Assembly (NCBI GenBank): GCA_965242725.1
Contig: CBDESZ010000016.1
Coordinates: forward strand, 256,001-320,000
Direction of reading: 5' to 3'
DNA length: 64,000 nt
DNA from: Alkalispirochaeta sp.
GTDB taxonomy: Bacteria > Spirochaetota > Spirochaetia > DSM-27196 > Alkalispirochaetaceae
The notes beneath the pieces are model-generated. The model searched no databases and had not been told where the DNA came from. It was given only the letters and a program-made list of their open reading frames with translations. The translations under genes and the position numbers were made by a program. This document shows positions 56,475 through 64,000 of this stretch, piece by piece (position 1 is the first letter of the stretch; each line of letters opens with the position of its first letter).

Positions 56475-58490
56475 TCAGGAAGCGGGTGCCAGTTCTTCCC
56501 GCTTGACCCGCAGCAGCCTGGCGTTGATTGCAACGATTACCGTTGAGAGAGACATGAGTATGGCGCCGACCTCCGGAGAGAGCATGAATCCCGTGGTATA
56601 GAGGACGCCCGCCGCCAGAGGAATTGCGACGACGTTGTATGCAGTCGCCCAGATGAGGTTCTGCACCATCTTCTGGTACGTCGCCCGACCAAAGAGGATG
56701 AGGGCGGTTATATCAAGAGGATTGGAGTTGACGAGGATGATGTCCGCCGTTGCCGCCGCGACATCGGTCCCCGATCCAACGGCGATGCCGATCTGCGCCT
56801 GTGCGAGCGCCGGCGAGTCGTTTACGCCGTCACCGGTCATCGCTACGTATTCACCCTGTTCCTGCAGCTCCTTCACCTTGTCCTGTTTCTGGTCGGGCAT
56901 GACTTCGGCAAAATAGCCGTCCATTCCCAGTTCATCGGCAACGGCCTTTGCCGTCTCTTCATTGTCACCGGTAAGCATCCAGCATTTGATGTTCCGCCGG
57001 TGGAGCTCTTCGATCGCCTTGTACGATTCCGGTCGAATCGTGTCCGAAAGTGATATCGATCCGACCACCGTTTCGTCGGCAAGGACGAAGACGCGGGTGA
57101 CCCCTCCGGCGTGATCCGCGCCGTCAGGGACGGCAATCTCATGTTCGTGGAGGTAACCGGGGCTGACGACTTTCACCGTCCGGCCATCCACCGTACCGGT
57201 CACGCCCCGTCCCTTTATCGCTTCAAAGTCCGAGGCCGAGGGGATCGATATCTCATCGGTGCGCGCCTTGCGTATGATGCTCTTCCCGATGGGGTGTTCC
57301 GATGTGCTTTCCAATGCCGCGGCGAGGGTAAGGATGTCGGCGTCGCTGTATTTTTCGCTGTGGACGTCTACGCTGTTCACTTCAAAGGTTCCCTTGGTCA
57401 GCGTGCCGGTCTTGTCGAAGAGCACGGTGGTGATCTTTCGGGCGTTTTCAAAGGCGGTGCGGTTGCGAATAAGCAGACCGTTCTGTGCCGATTTGGCCGT
57501 CGACTGGGCGACGACGAGGGGTATCGCCAGCCCGAGGGCGTGGGGACAGGTGATAATCATCACCGTGGCCATACGGGCGATTGAGAACTGAAGTCCCTGA
57601 CCGAGAATCAGCCACGTTGTCAGGGTGGCGATACCGACGGTGAGGGCAACGATGGTGAGCCAGAAGGCCGCCCTGTCCGACAGCGCCTGGGTGCGTGATT
57701 TCGCCGCCTGCGCTTCGCGTACCATGGTGATGACTTTGGAGAGGTACGAATCTTCGCCCGCTCCTTCCACCTGGAGCTCCAGTGAACCGTCGCCGTTGAT
57801 CGATCCGCCGATGAGCCGGTCCCCTTTTTCCCGCCGTACCGGGCGGGACTCACCGGTGAGCATCGATTCGTCAATATAACTGGAGCCGGAGACGACCTCG
57901 CCGTCGGAGGGTATTTTTTCTCCCGGCTTAATGACCAGAATGTCGCCGTTTTTGATTTCCGAGAGGGGAACGTCCTCACTCCCGTTGTCGGTCTTGCGGT
58001 GCGCCTCGCTGGGCATGAGCTGGGCCAGCTCCTCAAGGGCGGAAGATGCGCTCAATACCGACGCCATCTCTATCCAGTGGCCGGCGAGCATAATGGCGAT
58101 AAGCGTCGCCAGCTCCCAGTAAAAGGGCGCGCCCTCCAGGCCGAATGTGACGGCGGCGCTGTAGACGTAGGCGACGGTGATGGCAAGGCCGATGAGTGTC
58201 ATCATCCCGGGGTTTTTTGCTTTCAGTTCATCCACAAGCCCCGTCAGGAAGGGTTTGCCCCCATAGAAAAAGATCGCCGTCGCGAGGGCAAAGACGATGT
58301 AGTCGCCGCCGGGAAGGGAAAATGAAAAACCGAAAAAACTTTGAATGAGGTCGGAAAGTGCGAGTACCGGAATGGTCAGGACCAAGGTGACGTAAAAACG
58401 GGTCCTGAAGTCCCGTATCATCATACGGTGGTGGTCATTATGGTCGTGGTGCCCCGAATCGTGATTGTGTTTTTCCTGTTTCTGGTCCAT
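56475..58490 (-). CDS. copB: Copper-translocating P1B-3 ATPase (CopB type)
   Basis: His-rich N-terminus, TGES, CPHALGLA, DKTGTLT, GDGVND, YN and MSLST motifs. Confidence 0.93.
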   Translation of the reverse strand: MDQKQEKHNHDSGHHDHNDHHRMMIRDFRTRFYVTLVLTIPVLALSDLIQSFFGFSFSLPGGDYIVFALATAIFFYGGKPFLTGLVDELKAKNPGMMTLIGLAITVAYVYSAAVTFGLEGAPFYWELATLIAIMLAGHWIEMASVLSASSALEELAQLMPSEAHRKTDNGSEDVPLSEIKNGDILVIKPGEKIPSDGEVVSGSSYIDESMLTGESRPVRREKGDRLIGGSINGDGSLELQVEGAGEDSYLSKVITMVREAQAAKSRTQALSDRAAFWLTIVALTVGIATLTTWLILGQGLQFSIARMATVMIITCPHALGLAIPLVVAQSTAKSAQNGLLIRNRTAFENARKITTVLFDKTGTLTKGTFEVNSVDVHSEKYSDADILTLAAALESTSEHPIGKSIIRKARTDEISIPSASDFEAIKGRGVTGTVDGRTVKVVSPGYLHEHEIAVPDGADHAGGVTRVFVLADETVVGSISLSDTIRPESYKAIEELHRRNIKCWMLTGDNEETAKAVADELGMDGYFAEVMPDQKQDKVKELQEQGEYVAMTGDGVNDSPALAQAQIGIAVGSGTDVAAATADIILVNSNPLDITALILFGRATYQKMVQNLIWATAYNVVAIPLAAGVLYTTGFMLSPEVGAILMSLSTVIVAINARLLRVKREELAPAS

Positions 58491-58496
58491 GACAAG

Positions 58497-58551
58497 AAGG
58501 TAATAAGGATTTTTGCCAACGTCCCGGTCGGTTTATTACGGTTGTGTTACG
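58497..58551 (-). promoter_or_regulatory. copB promoter with an OmpR-type direct repeat
   Basis: Minus strand: CGTAA-N6-CGTAA-N33-TACCTT-N6-ATG. Confidence 0.65.
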
Positions 58552-58600
58552 TCCGTTGATTTCCCGATTGGCTCGGCGTAGGATGGTCGGGGAGGTTCAG

Positions 58601-59317
58601 GTGTCCGAAAAAAAATACCGGGTTCTCTTGGTCGACGACGAGCCGGGAATCGTGAAAACCCTCCGGGCGTATCTCGAGGCCGACGGGTATGACGTCCATG
58701 CCGTCGGGGACGGCGATGCCGTCCTGTCCGCGACGCGGTCATTTTTGCCGGATGTGATCATTCTGGACGTGATGCTTCCGGGGATTGACGGTATCGAGGT
58801 GCTGCGCAAAATCAGACAGGAGTCCTCGGTCTATGTCCTCATGCTCAGCGCCAGGAGTGATGAGGCGGATCGCCTTGTCGGCCTGCGGATGGGCGCAGAC
58901 GACTATGTCGTCAAGCCCTTCAGTCCCCGTGAAGTCGTGGCACGGGTGGCGACCCTGTTGCGGCGGCGACGCCTCGACGAGGAAACCGGGCAGACCGGCG
59001 ACTACGAGGGGACACTTCAGTTTTCCCGGCTCGTCATCGATCCCGGAAGCCGGCGGGTGTGGAAGGATGGAACTGTCATCGACCTGACGCCCACGGAATT
59101 TGACCTTCTTCATCTGCTGGCATCCCATCGCGGGCGCGTGCTGAGTCGGGATCAGCTGATCGACCGTGCCTGGGGAAACGATTATTTCATCGACGAACGG
59201 GTGGTGGATGTCCATATCAGACGTCTCAGACAGAAAATCGAAGACGGAGACGGCAGATCGAACCCAATCGTCACCGTTCGCGGAGTGGGGTACCGCTTTG
59301 ACGAGGACCAGGCATGA
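58601..59317 (+). CDS. OmpR-family response regulator
   Basis: LVDDE, LDVMLPG.DG, GADDYVVKPFSPRE, LTPTEF, VDVHIRRLRQK and TVRGVGY motifs; GGAGG RBS then GTG. Confidence 0.96.
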   Translation: MSEKKYRVLLVDDEPGIVKTLRAYLEADGYDVHAVGDGDAVLSATRSFLPDVIILDVMLPGIDGIEVLRKIRQESSVYVLMLSARSDEADRLVGLRMGADDYVVKPFSPREVVARVATLLRRRRLDEETGQTGDYEGTLQFSRLVIDPGSRRVWKDGTVIDLTPTEFDLLHLLASHRGRVLSRDQLIDRAWGNDYFIDERVVDVHIRRLRQKIEDGDGRSNPIVTVRGVGYRFDEDQA

Positions 59318-60447
59318 CCGGCCGGTCCGGAGAGAGGCGGTTTCGTTTTACCCTGACGTGGAAACTCTTCCTTTCCCATTTGATCGTCGTCATCGCCGCG
59401 GGGGTGGTCCTCGTCGCGGTGGCGTATTTACGAATACCGACGGCGCTGCAGTCTCACGTCGCGAGGATGCAGTCCGTCGTCGGGGGAGATCAGGGGCTGG
59501 CCGACGATTTGCGGCACAGTTTCATCGCGGCGCAGGGGCAGATCCTCGCAGTGGCCGGAATCGCGGCCATCATGGCCACCATTCTGGTGAGCACCTTTGT
59601 GGCGTGGCGGGTGGTCGGTCCCCTGCGAAAACTCACCGCTGCAACCAGGCGGATCGCCGCCGGGGACTATCGTGAGCGGGTATCGGTCAGCTGGAACGAT
59701 GAACTGGCGGAGTTGGCGCAGTCCTTCAACAGGATGGCTTCCGCCCTCGACGAGACGGAGCAACGCCGCATGGAGTTGATCGGTAACCTTGCCCATGAAT
59801 TGAAGACCCCCCTGACGACCATTCGGAGCGTCATGGAAGGCCTCGTCGACGGCGTTCTTCCCGCCGATACGGAGACCTTTCTGGATGTGCAGCGGGAGAC
59901 GCTGCGAATGCAGCGGCTGACGGAAGAGCTCAGAGACCTGTCCGCCGCAGAAGCGGGGGAACTCTCGCTTCGCCTGGCCGCTTCCGATCCGGGAGAACTC
60001 GTTCGTCACGCCGCCGGCCGGCTGGAACCGCAGTTCCGGGACAAAGCGGTGCAATTGCAGGTGCATATCGATGAGACGCTGCCGAAGGTGTATGTCGACG
60101 ATGAACGGATGCTGCAGGTGTTGATCAACCTTCTGGGAAATGCGCTGCAGTATACGCCGTCCGGCGGCTCCGTTACGGCAGCGTGCAGTTCCGCCGATGC
60201 GGAGAACGTTGAGTTCTCCGTCTCCGACACGGGGATCGGCCTGGCGACGGAAGAACTACCCCGTATCTTTGAACGCTTTTACCGTGTTGAAAAATCCCGT
60301 GCCCGGACCCGGGGCGGGAGCGGTATCGGATTGACCATTGCCGCCCATATCGTGCGTGCCCACGGAGGCGTCATCCGCGCCGCGAGCGACGGTCCGGGCA
60401 CGGGCAGCCGCTTTTCTTTCGTTCTTCCCTCCGTAACGGATTCGTAA
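59314..60447 (+). CDS. HAMP-domain sensor histidine kinase (BaeS/CopS-like)
   Basis: 2 TM with a short His/Met-containing loop, HAMP, AHELKTPL, NALQY, DTGIG and GSGIGL motifs. Confidence 0.95.
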   Translation: MTGRSGERRFRFTLTWKLFLSHLIVVIAAGVVLVAVAYLRIPTALQSHVARMQSVVGGDQGLADDLRHSFIAAQGQILAVAGIAAIMATILVSTFVAWRVVGPLRKLTAATRRIAAGDYRERVSVSWNDELAELAQSFNRMASALDETEQRRMELIGNLAHELKTPLTTIRSVMEGLVDGVLPADTETFLDVQRETLRMQRLTEELRDLSAAEAGELSLRLAASDPGELVRHAAGRLEPQFRDKAVQLQVHIDETLPKVYVDDERMLQVLINLLGNALQYTPSGGSVTAACSSADAENVEFSVSDTGIGLATEELPRIFERFYRVEKSRARTRGGSGIGLTIAAHIVRAHGGVIRAASDGPGTGSRFSFVLPSVTDS

Positions 60448-60486
60448 TATTCCCGTCACGATTCCGACATTTTCATAGGATATGCT
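60432..60486 (+). promoter_or_regulatory. Promoter of the copper accessory operon with 11-bp-periodic repeats
   Basis: CGTAA(60432), CGTAA(60443), CGTCA(60454), CGACA(60465); TATGCT at 60481. Confidence 0.65.
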
Positions 60487-60616
60487 CCTCCCAAGGAACA
60501 GAGAATGCTTTGGATTGGATTGTGTCTACTTGTAATCACCGCGGCAATCGGAGCAATTGCGTTGCTCTTTCCGGCATATCCGTCGGATAGAGCGGAAAAA
60601 AGAGGGAGGAAAGACT

Positions 60617-60961
60617 ATGGACGCGACGACGACTACGGACGTTATGACGGTGGAACTCGAAGCAACGGCAACGCCGGATTCCGAGACGGTATCGAAGCTT
60701 CGCACCGGATCGGGTATCGAGGAGATGACCGTTGAAGGCAGCCGAATAGTCGTGGAGTACCAGCCCTACGTCGTGAGCAGGGAAGGTGTTCTGAACCGCA
60801 TGGAAGACGCGGGGCTCGTTCTGCGCAAGGAAGAAGAAAAGGAAGAACGAAAAGGATTTTTCCGGCGGTTTGTCGATCGTATCGCCGCGGAAAACAAGCA
60901 GTCCCTCGGTTCGGGGCGTCTTGACTGTTGCGACCTCAACCGGGGAAATCGTCCCCAATAG
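60617..60961 (+). CDS. HMA-like domain fused to an LDCC-motif putative metal-binding tail
   Basis: GGAGG RBS; ferredoxin-like pattern (I.VEY.P..VS...V...MEDAG); ends F..RIA.EN..S.G..RLDCCDLN. Confidence 0.7.
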   Translation: MDATTTTDVMTVELEATATPDSETVSKLRTGSGIEEMTVEGSRIVVEYQPYVVSREGVLNRMEDAGLVLRKEEEKEERKGFFRRFVDRIAAENKQSLGSGRLDCCDLNRGNRPQ

Positions 60962-60997
60962 GGGCCACCTGTGAAATCAAAAGAAATGGAGAGAACA

Positions 60998-61534
60998 ATG
61001 AGTAAGAAAATTATCGGACGAACGGGTATCATTTTGTTCCTGGGAGCAGCACTGCTTCTCGGCCTGGCTTTCACCGCCACCGCCGATGTCGACGGTCATG
61101 ATCTGAGCATAGAAGATGTCCTCACGGACATACGGAACCGCCTCGGTCTTGCCGGCGACGAGCGGATTGACGCAGACCGGGTACCGGACGAGCAGCTTGA
61201 GCTCCTCGGCGATGCGGTGATGAGCGAGATTCATCCCAACGAGAATGTACACTCCTGGATGGACCGGATGATGGGAGGTGAAGGATCGGAAAGCCTCGCG
61301 TCGGCTCACCGCTGGATGGGCTATCAATACCTGATAGACGACGGATATACCGGATTCGGCCGCGGTCGCGGTATGATGGGTGGCATGATGGGCGGCATGA
61401 TGGGTTTCGGCTCGGCGGGAAACAACGCATTCCTTTCACCAAGGGAAATCGCGGAACGTCGGTACGCCGCGGGAGAGATTACCCGTGAAGAATACCGGCA
61501 GCTCATTGAAGATCTGTCGTCGTCGTCGCGGTAG
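60998..61534 (+). CDS. Exported His/Met/Gly-rich protein with a C-terminal SHOCT domain
   Basis: Signal peptide; H..MD.MMGGEGS.SL..AH..MG, GMMGGMMGGMM, and RRYAAGEITREEY (SHOCT). Confidence 0.75.
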   Translation: MSKKIIGRTGIILFLGAALLLGLAFTATADVDGHDLSIEDVLTDIRNRLGLAGDERIDADRVPDEQLELLGDAVMSEIHPNENVHSWMDRMMGGEGSESLASAHRWMGYQYLIDDGYTGFGRGRGMMGGMMGGMMGFGSAGNNAFLSPREIAERRYAAGEITREEYRQLIEDLSSSSR

Positions 61535-61574
61535 GTTGAACAGCGGACAGCCCGTATTGAAGGACTGACCTGTC

Positions 61575-61952
61575 GTGAGGATTCGGATGCTCCGGCCCGT
61601 TGACTACATTGTAGTCTTTATGGCGGTATTGACTATCGGCGCCGTAAGCCACCTGGTCTATGGAGCCGGGACCTCCGGCAGTGTCGCGCGAATAGAAGCC
61701 AACGACACCACGTGGCTCTATCCGCTGAACCGTGATCGCATCATCGTACCGCTCGAGCAGGACGGGACGTGCGAAATAACAATCGAATCCGGAACGGTCG
61801 GTGTGACCGCCTCGGAGTGTCCGCAGCAGATCTGTATATCCATGGGACGTATTTCCCGTTCCAGTCAATGGATCGCATGTCTGCCCCACGGCGTGTTTAT
61901 CGACGTTGTAGGGGCCGATCCCGATCCTGATGTTGACGCATATGCCTTTTGA
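61575..61952 (+). CDS. NusG domain II-containing (DUF1312) protein, second copy
   Basis: TM helix; SECPQQICI..G and WIACLPHGV motifs. Confidence 0.8.
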   Translation: MRIRMLRPVDYIVVFMAVLTIGAVSHLVYGAGTSGSVARIEANDTTWLYPLNRDRIIVPLEQDGTCEITIESGTVGVTASECPQQICISMGRISRSSQWIACLPHGVFIDVVGADPDPDVDAYAF

Positions 61953-61970
61953 GAGGAGAACTACTTTCCG

Positions 61971-62588
61971 ATGACCAATCCAAACAGACGAGCGATCCTT
62001 CTGTTCGTCCTCCTTCCCGCCCTTGTTGTGCTTGCCGGTTCATTGCTGTGGATACGCGTAACCGACGACGACGTTGCCCGTACCGCCGGCTCCCCGTCGG
62101 ACCCCGGCGATTCGCAGAGTTGGGCGGCAATACGAGAAGAACTCCGGACCGCTACCGTTCAGGAGGCCCTTTCTCTCGCATACCGCCTGAGAAGTGAGGA
62201 ACCGGCCATAAACTCCACATTGACGGCGGAACATGTGGAATTCACCTTTCCCGACGGCCGTAAAGTCGGCGTTCCCATTGGTCGGTCGGAGATGATCGTA
62301 TCCATTGCGCCGTATCGTCTGAAGACCCACCCCTGCACCATACACAGCATTTCCGGATGCCAGGGAGAGTTGACGGAGCGGACCTTCGATGTAGCGGTGT
62401 ACGACACCGACGGCGAAGTGGTTTTCTCCGGGCCGATCACGACGGGGGAGAGCGGGTTTTTCGAGCTGCCTCTGCCGAGGGGATCGGAGTTCCGCGTAAC
62501 CGTGGAAAGCAACCTCGGTCGGGCGGAGCGGATAATCAGCACGTCCTCCGCCGATCCGACGTGCATCACCGACATGAAACTGCTGTAG
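61971..62588 (+). CDS. CueP-family putative copper-binding protein
   Basis: TM anchor; SIAPY..THPC..HS..GCQGEL, GFFEL.LPR and TCIT motifs. Confidence 0.75.
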   Translation: MTNPNRRAILLFVLLPALVVLAGSLLWIRVTDDDVARTAGSPSDPGDSQSWAAIREELRTATVQEALSLAYRLRSEEPAINSTLTAEHVEFTFPDGRKVGVPIGRSEMIVSIAPYRLKTHPCTIHSISGCQGELTERTFDVAVYDTDGEVVFSGPITTGESGFFELPLPRGSEFRVTVESNLGRAERIISTSSADPTCITDMKLL

Positions 62589-62605
62589 GAGGTGTCGCCG
62601 GGAGT

Positions 62606-63673
62606 CTACGCCACCGTCACCTCGTCGGATAGGTAGACATCCTGTATGGCATTGAGCAATTGAATGCCCTCGTCGGTGGGACGCTGGAACGCCTTGCGTC
62701 CGGATATGAGTCCCATTCCGCCGGCGCGTTTGTTGATGACGGCGGTCCGCACGGCGGTCTTGAGATCATCTTCACCGGAGGAAGCGCCGCCTGAATTGAT
62801 GAGACCGGCTCGTCCCATGTAGCCGTTGATTACCTGGTAACGGGTCAGGTCGATGGGGTGGTCCGAGGAGAGCTCGGTATACATGCGCTCGTCCAGCTTC
62901 CCGTATGAAGAATCTCCCATGTTGAGTGCCTTGTACCCGCCGTTGAGGGTGGGCGCCTTCTGTTTGACGATGTCGGCCTCGATAGTCACACCGAGGTGGT
63001 TCGCCTGACCGGTGAGATCCGCCGCGGTGTGGTAGTCGGTTCCACCGGTCTTGAACGCACCGTTACGGGTATAGCACCACAGCACCGTTGCCATGCCGAG
63101 TTCGTGGGCCCGGTAAAAGGCTTCCGCTACCTCGACGATCTGCCGGTTTGATTCGGGGGAGCCGAAGTAAATGGTCGCACCCACCGCAACGGCACCCATG
63201 TCGTACGCCTGTTTCACCGTGCCGAACATGATCTGATCGTGGGTATTGGGATAACTTAACAGCTCGTTGTGGTTCAGTTTTACGAGAAACGGAATCTTAT
63301 GAGCGTATTTCCGTGCAACTGATCCGAGCACGCCGAAGGTCGAGGCTACGGCGTTGCAGCCGCCGTCAATGGCGAGACGTACGATGTTTTCGCCGTCGAA
63401 ATATGCCGGGTTGGGGGCAAAGCTGGCACCGCCCGAGTGTTCGACGCCCTGATCCACGGGAAGGATCGAGAGGTATCCCGTGCCCGCGAGCCTGCCGTTT
63501 GAGTAAAGGGTCTCAAGACTGCGAAGAACCCGGGGAGAACGATCGGAGACCGACCACACGCGGTCCACAAAATCGGGTCCGGGAAGATGAAGGTGTTCCT
63601 TCGGTATGAGCGGCTTGTAGGTCAAGAGGTCTTCCGATTCATTTCCGAGAATGCTCTGAATATTGATTGCCAT
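62606..63673 (-). CDS. fbaB: Class I fructose-bisphosphate aldolase (FbaB/DhnA type)
   Basis: [38 protein letters not shown] and [10 protein letters not shown] motifs; AGGAGG RBS. Confidence 0.95.
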   Translation of the reverse strand: MAINIQSILGNESEDLLTYKPLIPKEHLHLPGPDFVDRVWSVSDRSPRVLRSLETLYSNGRLAGTGYLSILPVDQGVEHSGGASFAPNPAYFDGENIVRLAIDGGCNAVASTFGVLGSVARKYAHKIPFLVKLNHNELLSYPNTHDQIMFGTVKQAYDMGAVAVGATIYFGSPESNRQIVEVAEAFYRAHELGMATVLWCYTRNGAFKTGGTDYHTAADLTGQANHLGVTIEADIVKQKAPTLNGGYKALNMGDSSYGKLDERMYTELSSDHPIDLTRYQVINGYMGRAGLINSGGASSGEDDLKTAVRTAVINKRAGGMGLISGRKAFQRPTDEGIQLLNAIQDVYLSDEVTVA

Positions 63674-63771
63674 AATTTTATCCTCCTGCCGCCCGGCAAC
63701 GGGCGGCCTTTCCGTGTCCATGGGTACGTGCTGTTCCCCAATTATTCCTCCGCGCGATCAAGCGAAGAATC

Positions 63772-64000
63772 TTACTTCAATGCAATAATGACCCGTTCCA
63801 ACTTCCGTCGAATCTCGTCTGCAATCGGGCGGATGTTTTCGTTGCTTACCGCTTCCATAGAGCTGACCGGGTCAACCGCCGCTATCTCCACCGTTCCCGG
63901 CTCCCGTTCCTGGACTATGACATTGCAGGGCAGAAGCGTCCCGATCTTGTCTTCCGCCTCCAATGCCTTGTGTGCAAACGGGGGATTGCACGCGCCGAGA
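63772..64000 (-). CDS. DUF302 domain protein, 5'-truncated by the window edge
   Basis: LGACNPPFAHKALEAEDKIGTLLPCNVIV motif. Confidence 0.85.
   Translation of the reverse strand, partial: LGACNPPFAHKALEAEDKIGTLLPCNVIVQEREPGTVEIAAVDPVSSMEAVSNENIRPIADEIRRKLERVIIALK

Noticed and set aside
1..64000. rRNA, tRNA, CRISPR array, transposase, integrase or prophage genes
   Set aside because: No repeat-spacer periodicity, cloverleaf-like intergenic sequence or recognisable mobile-element protein seen; intergenic gaps are short

Overview
A GC-rich bacterial chromosomal window with about 54 protein-coding genes. I found no rRNA, tRNA, CRISPR array, transposase or integrase. The organism is probably a free-living Spirochaetaceae (Spirochaeta/Alkalispirochaeta-like); this is inferred from gene content and the Cys-less 'FAxGxxE' signal on the iron-binding protein. 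Housekeeping and metabolic genes include a lipid kinase, plsC-like acyltransferase, thyX, cheW, a GH31 glucosidase, an iron-siderophore ABC operon, an OPT transporter, nfeD-SPFH-SPFH-CBS-pyrophosphatase, a NadR-like gene, ROK-ppx-ppk1, apbE, icd, class II RNR, Lhr, xth and class I aldolase. The main items for follow-up are: (1) a CHASE2 adenylate cyclase divergent from an operon encoding a periplasmic protein, an outer-membrane beta-barrel, a soluble FecR-domain protein and a lipoprotein, a candidate trans-envelope cAMP signalling system; (2) a copper island in which a CGTAA-N6-CGTAA repeat lies exactly 33 nt before the -10 box at two promoters, with poorly characterised accessory genes; (3) a solitary AT-rich AAA/DUF4143 ATPase cassette with twin palindromic operators; (4) two inverted long hairpins with a shared apical core but different stems, downstream of nrdJ; (5) about ten genes with apparently leaderless TAnnnT-N6/7-start architecture. 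Two genes are frameshifted: an acyl-CoA dehydrogenase at a G19 run and nrdJ by clustered +1 insertions. Both may be sequencing artefacts. All product calls come from motif recognition by eye, with no database searches.
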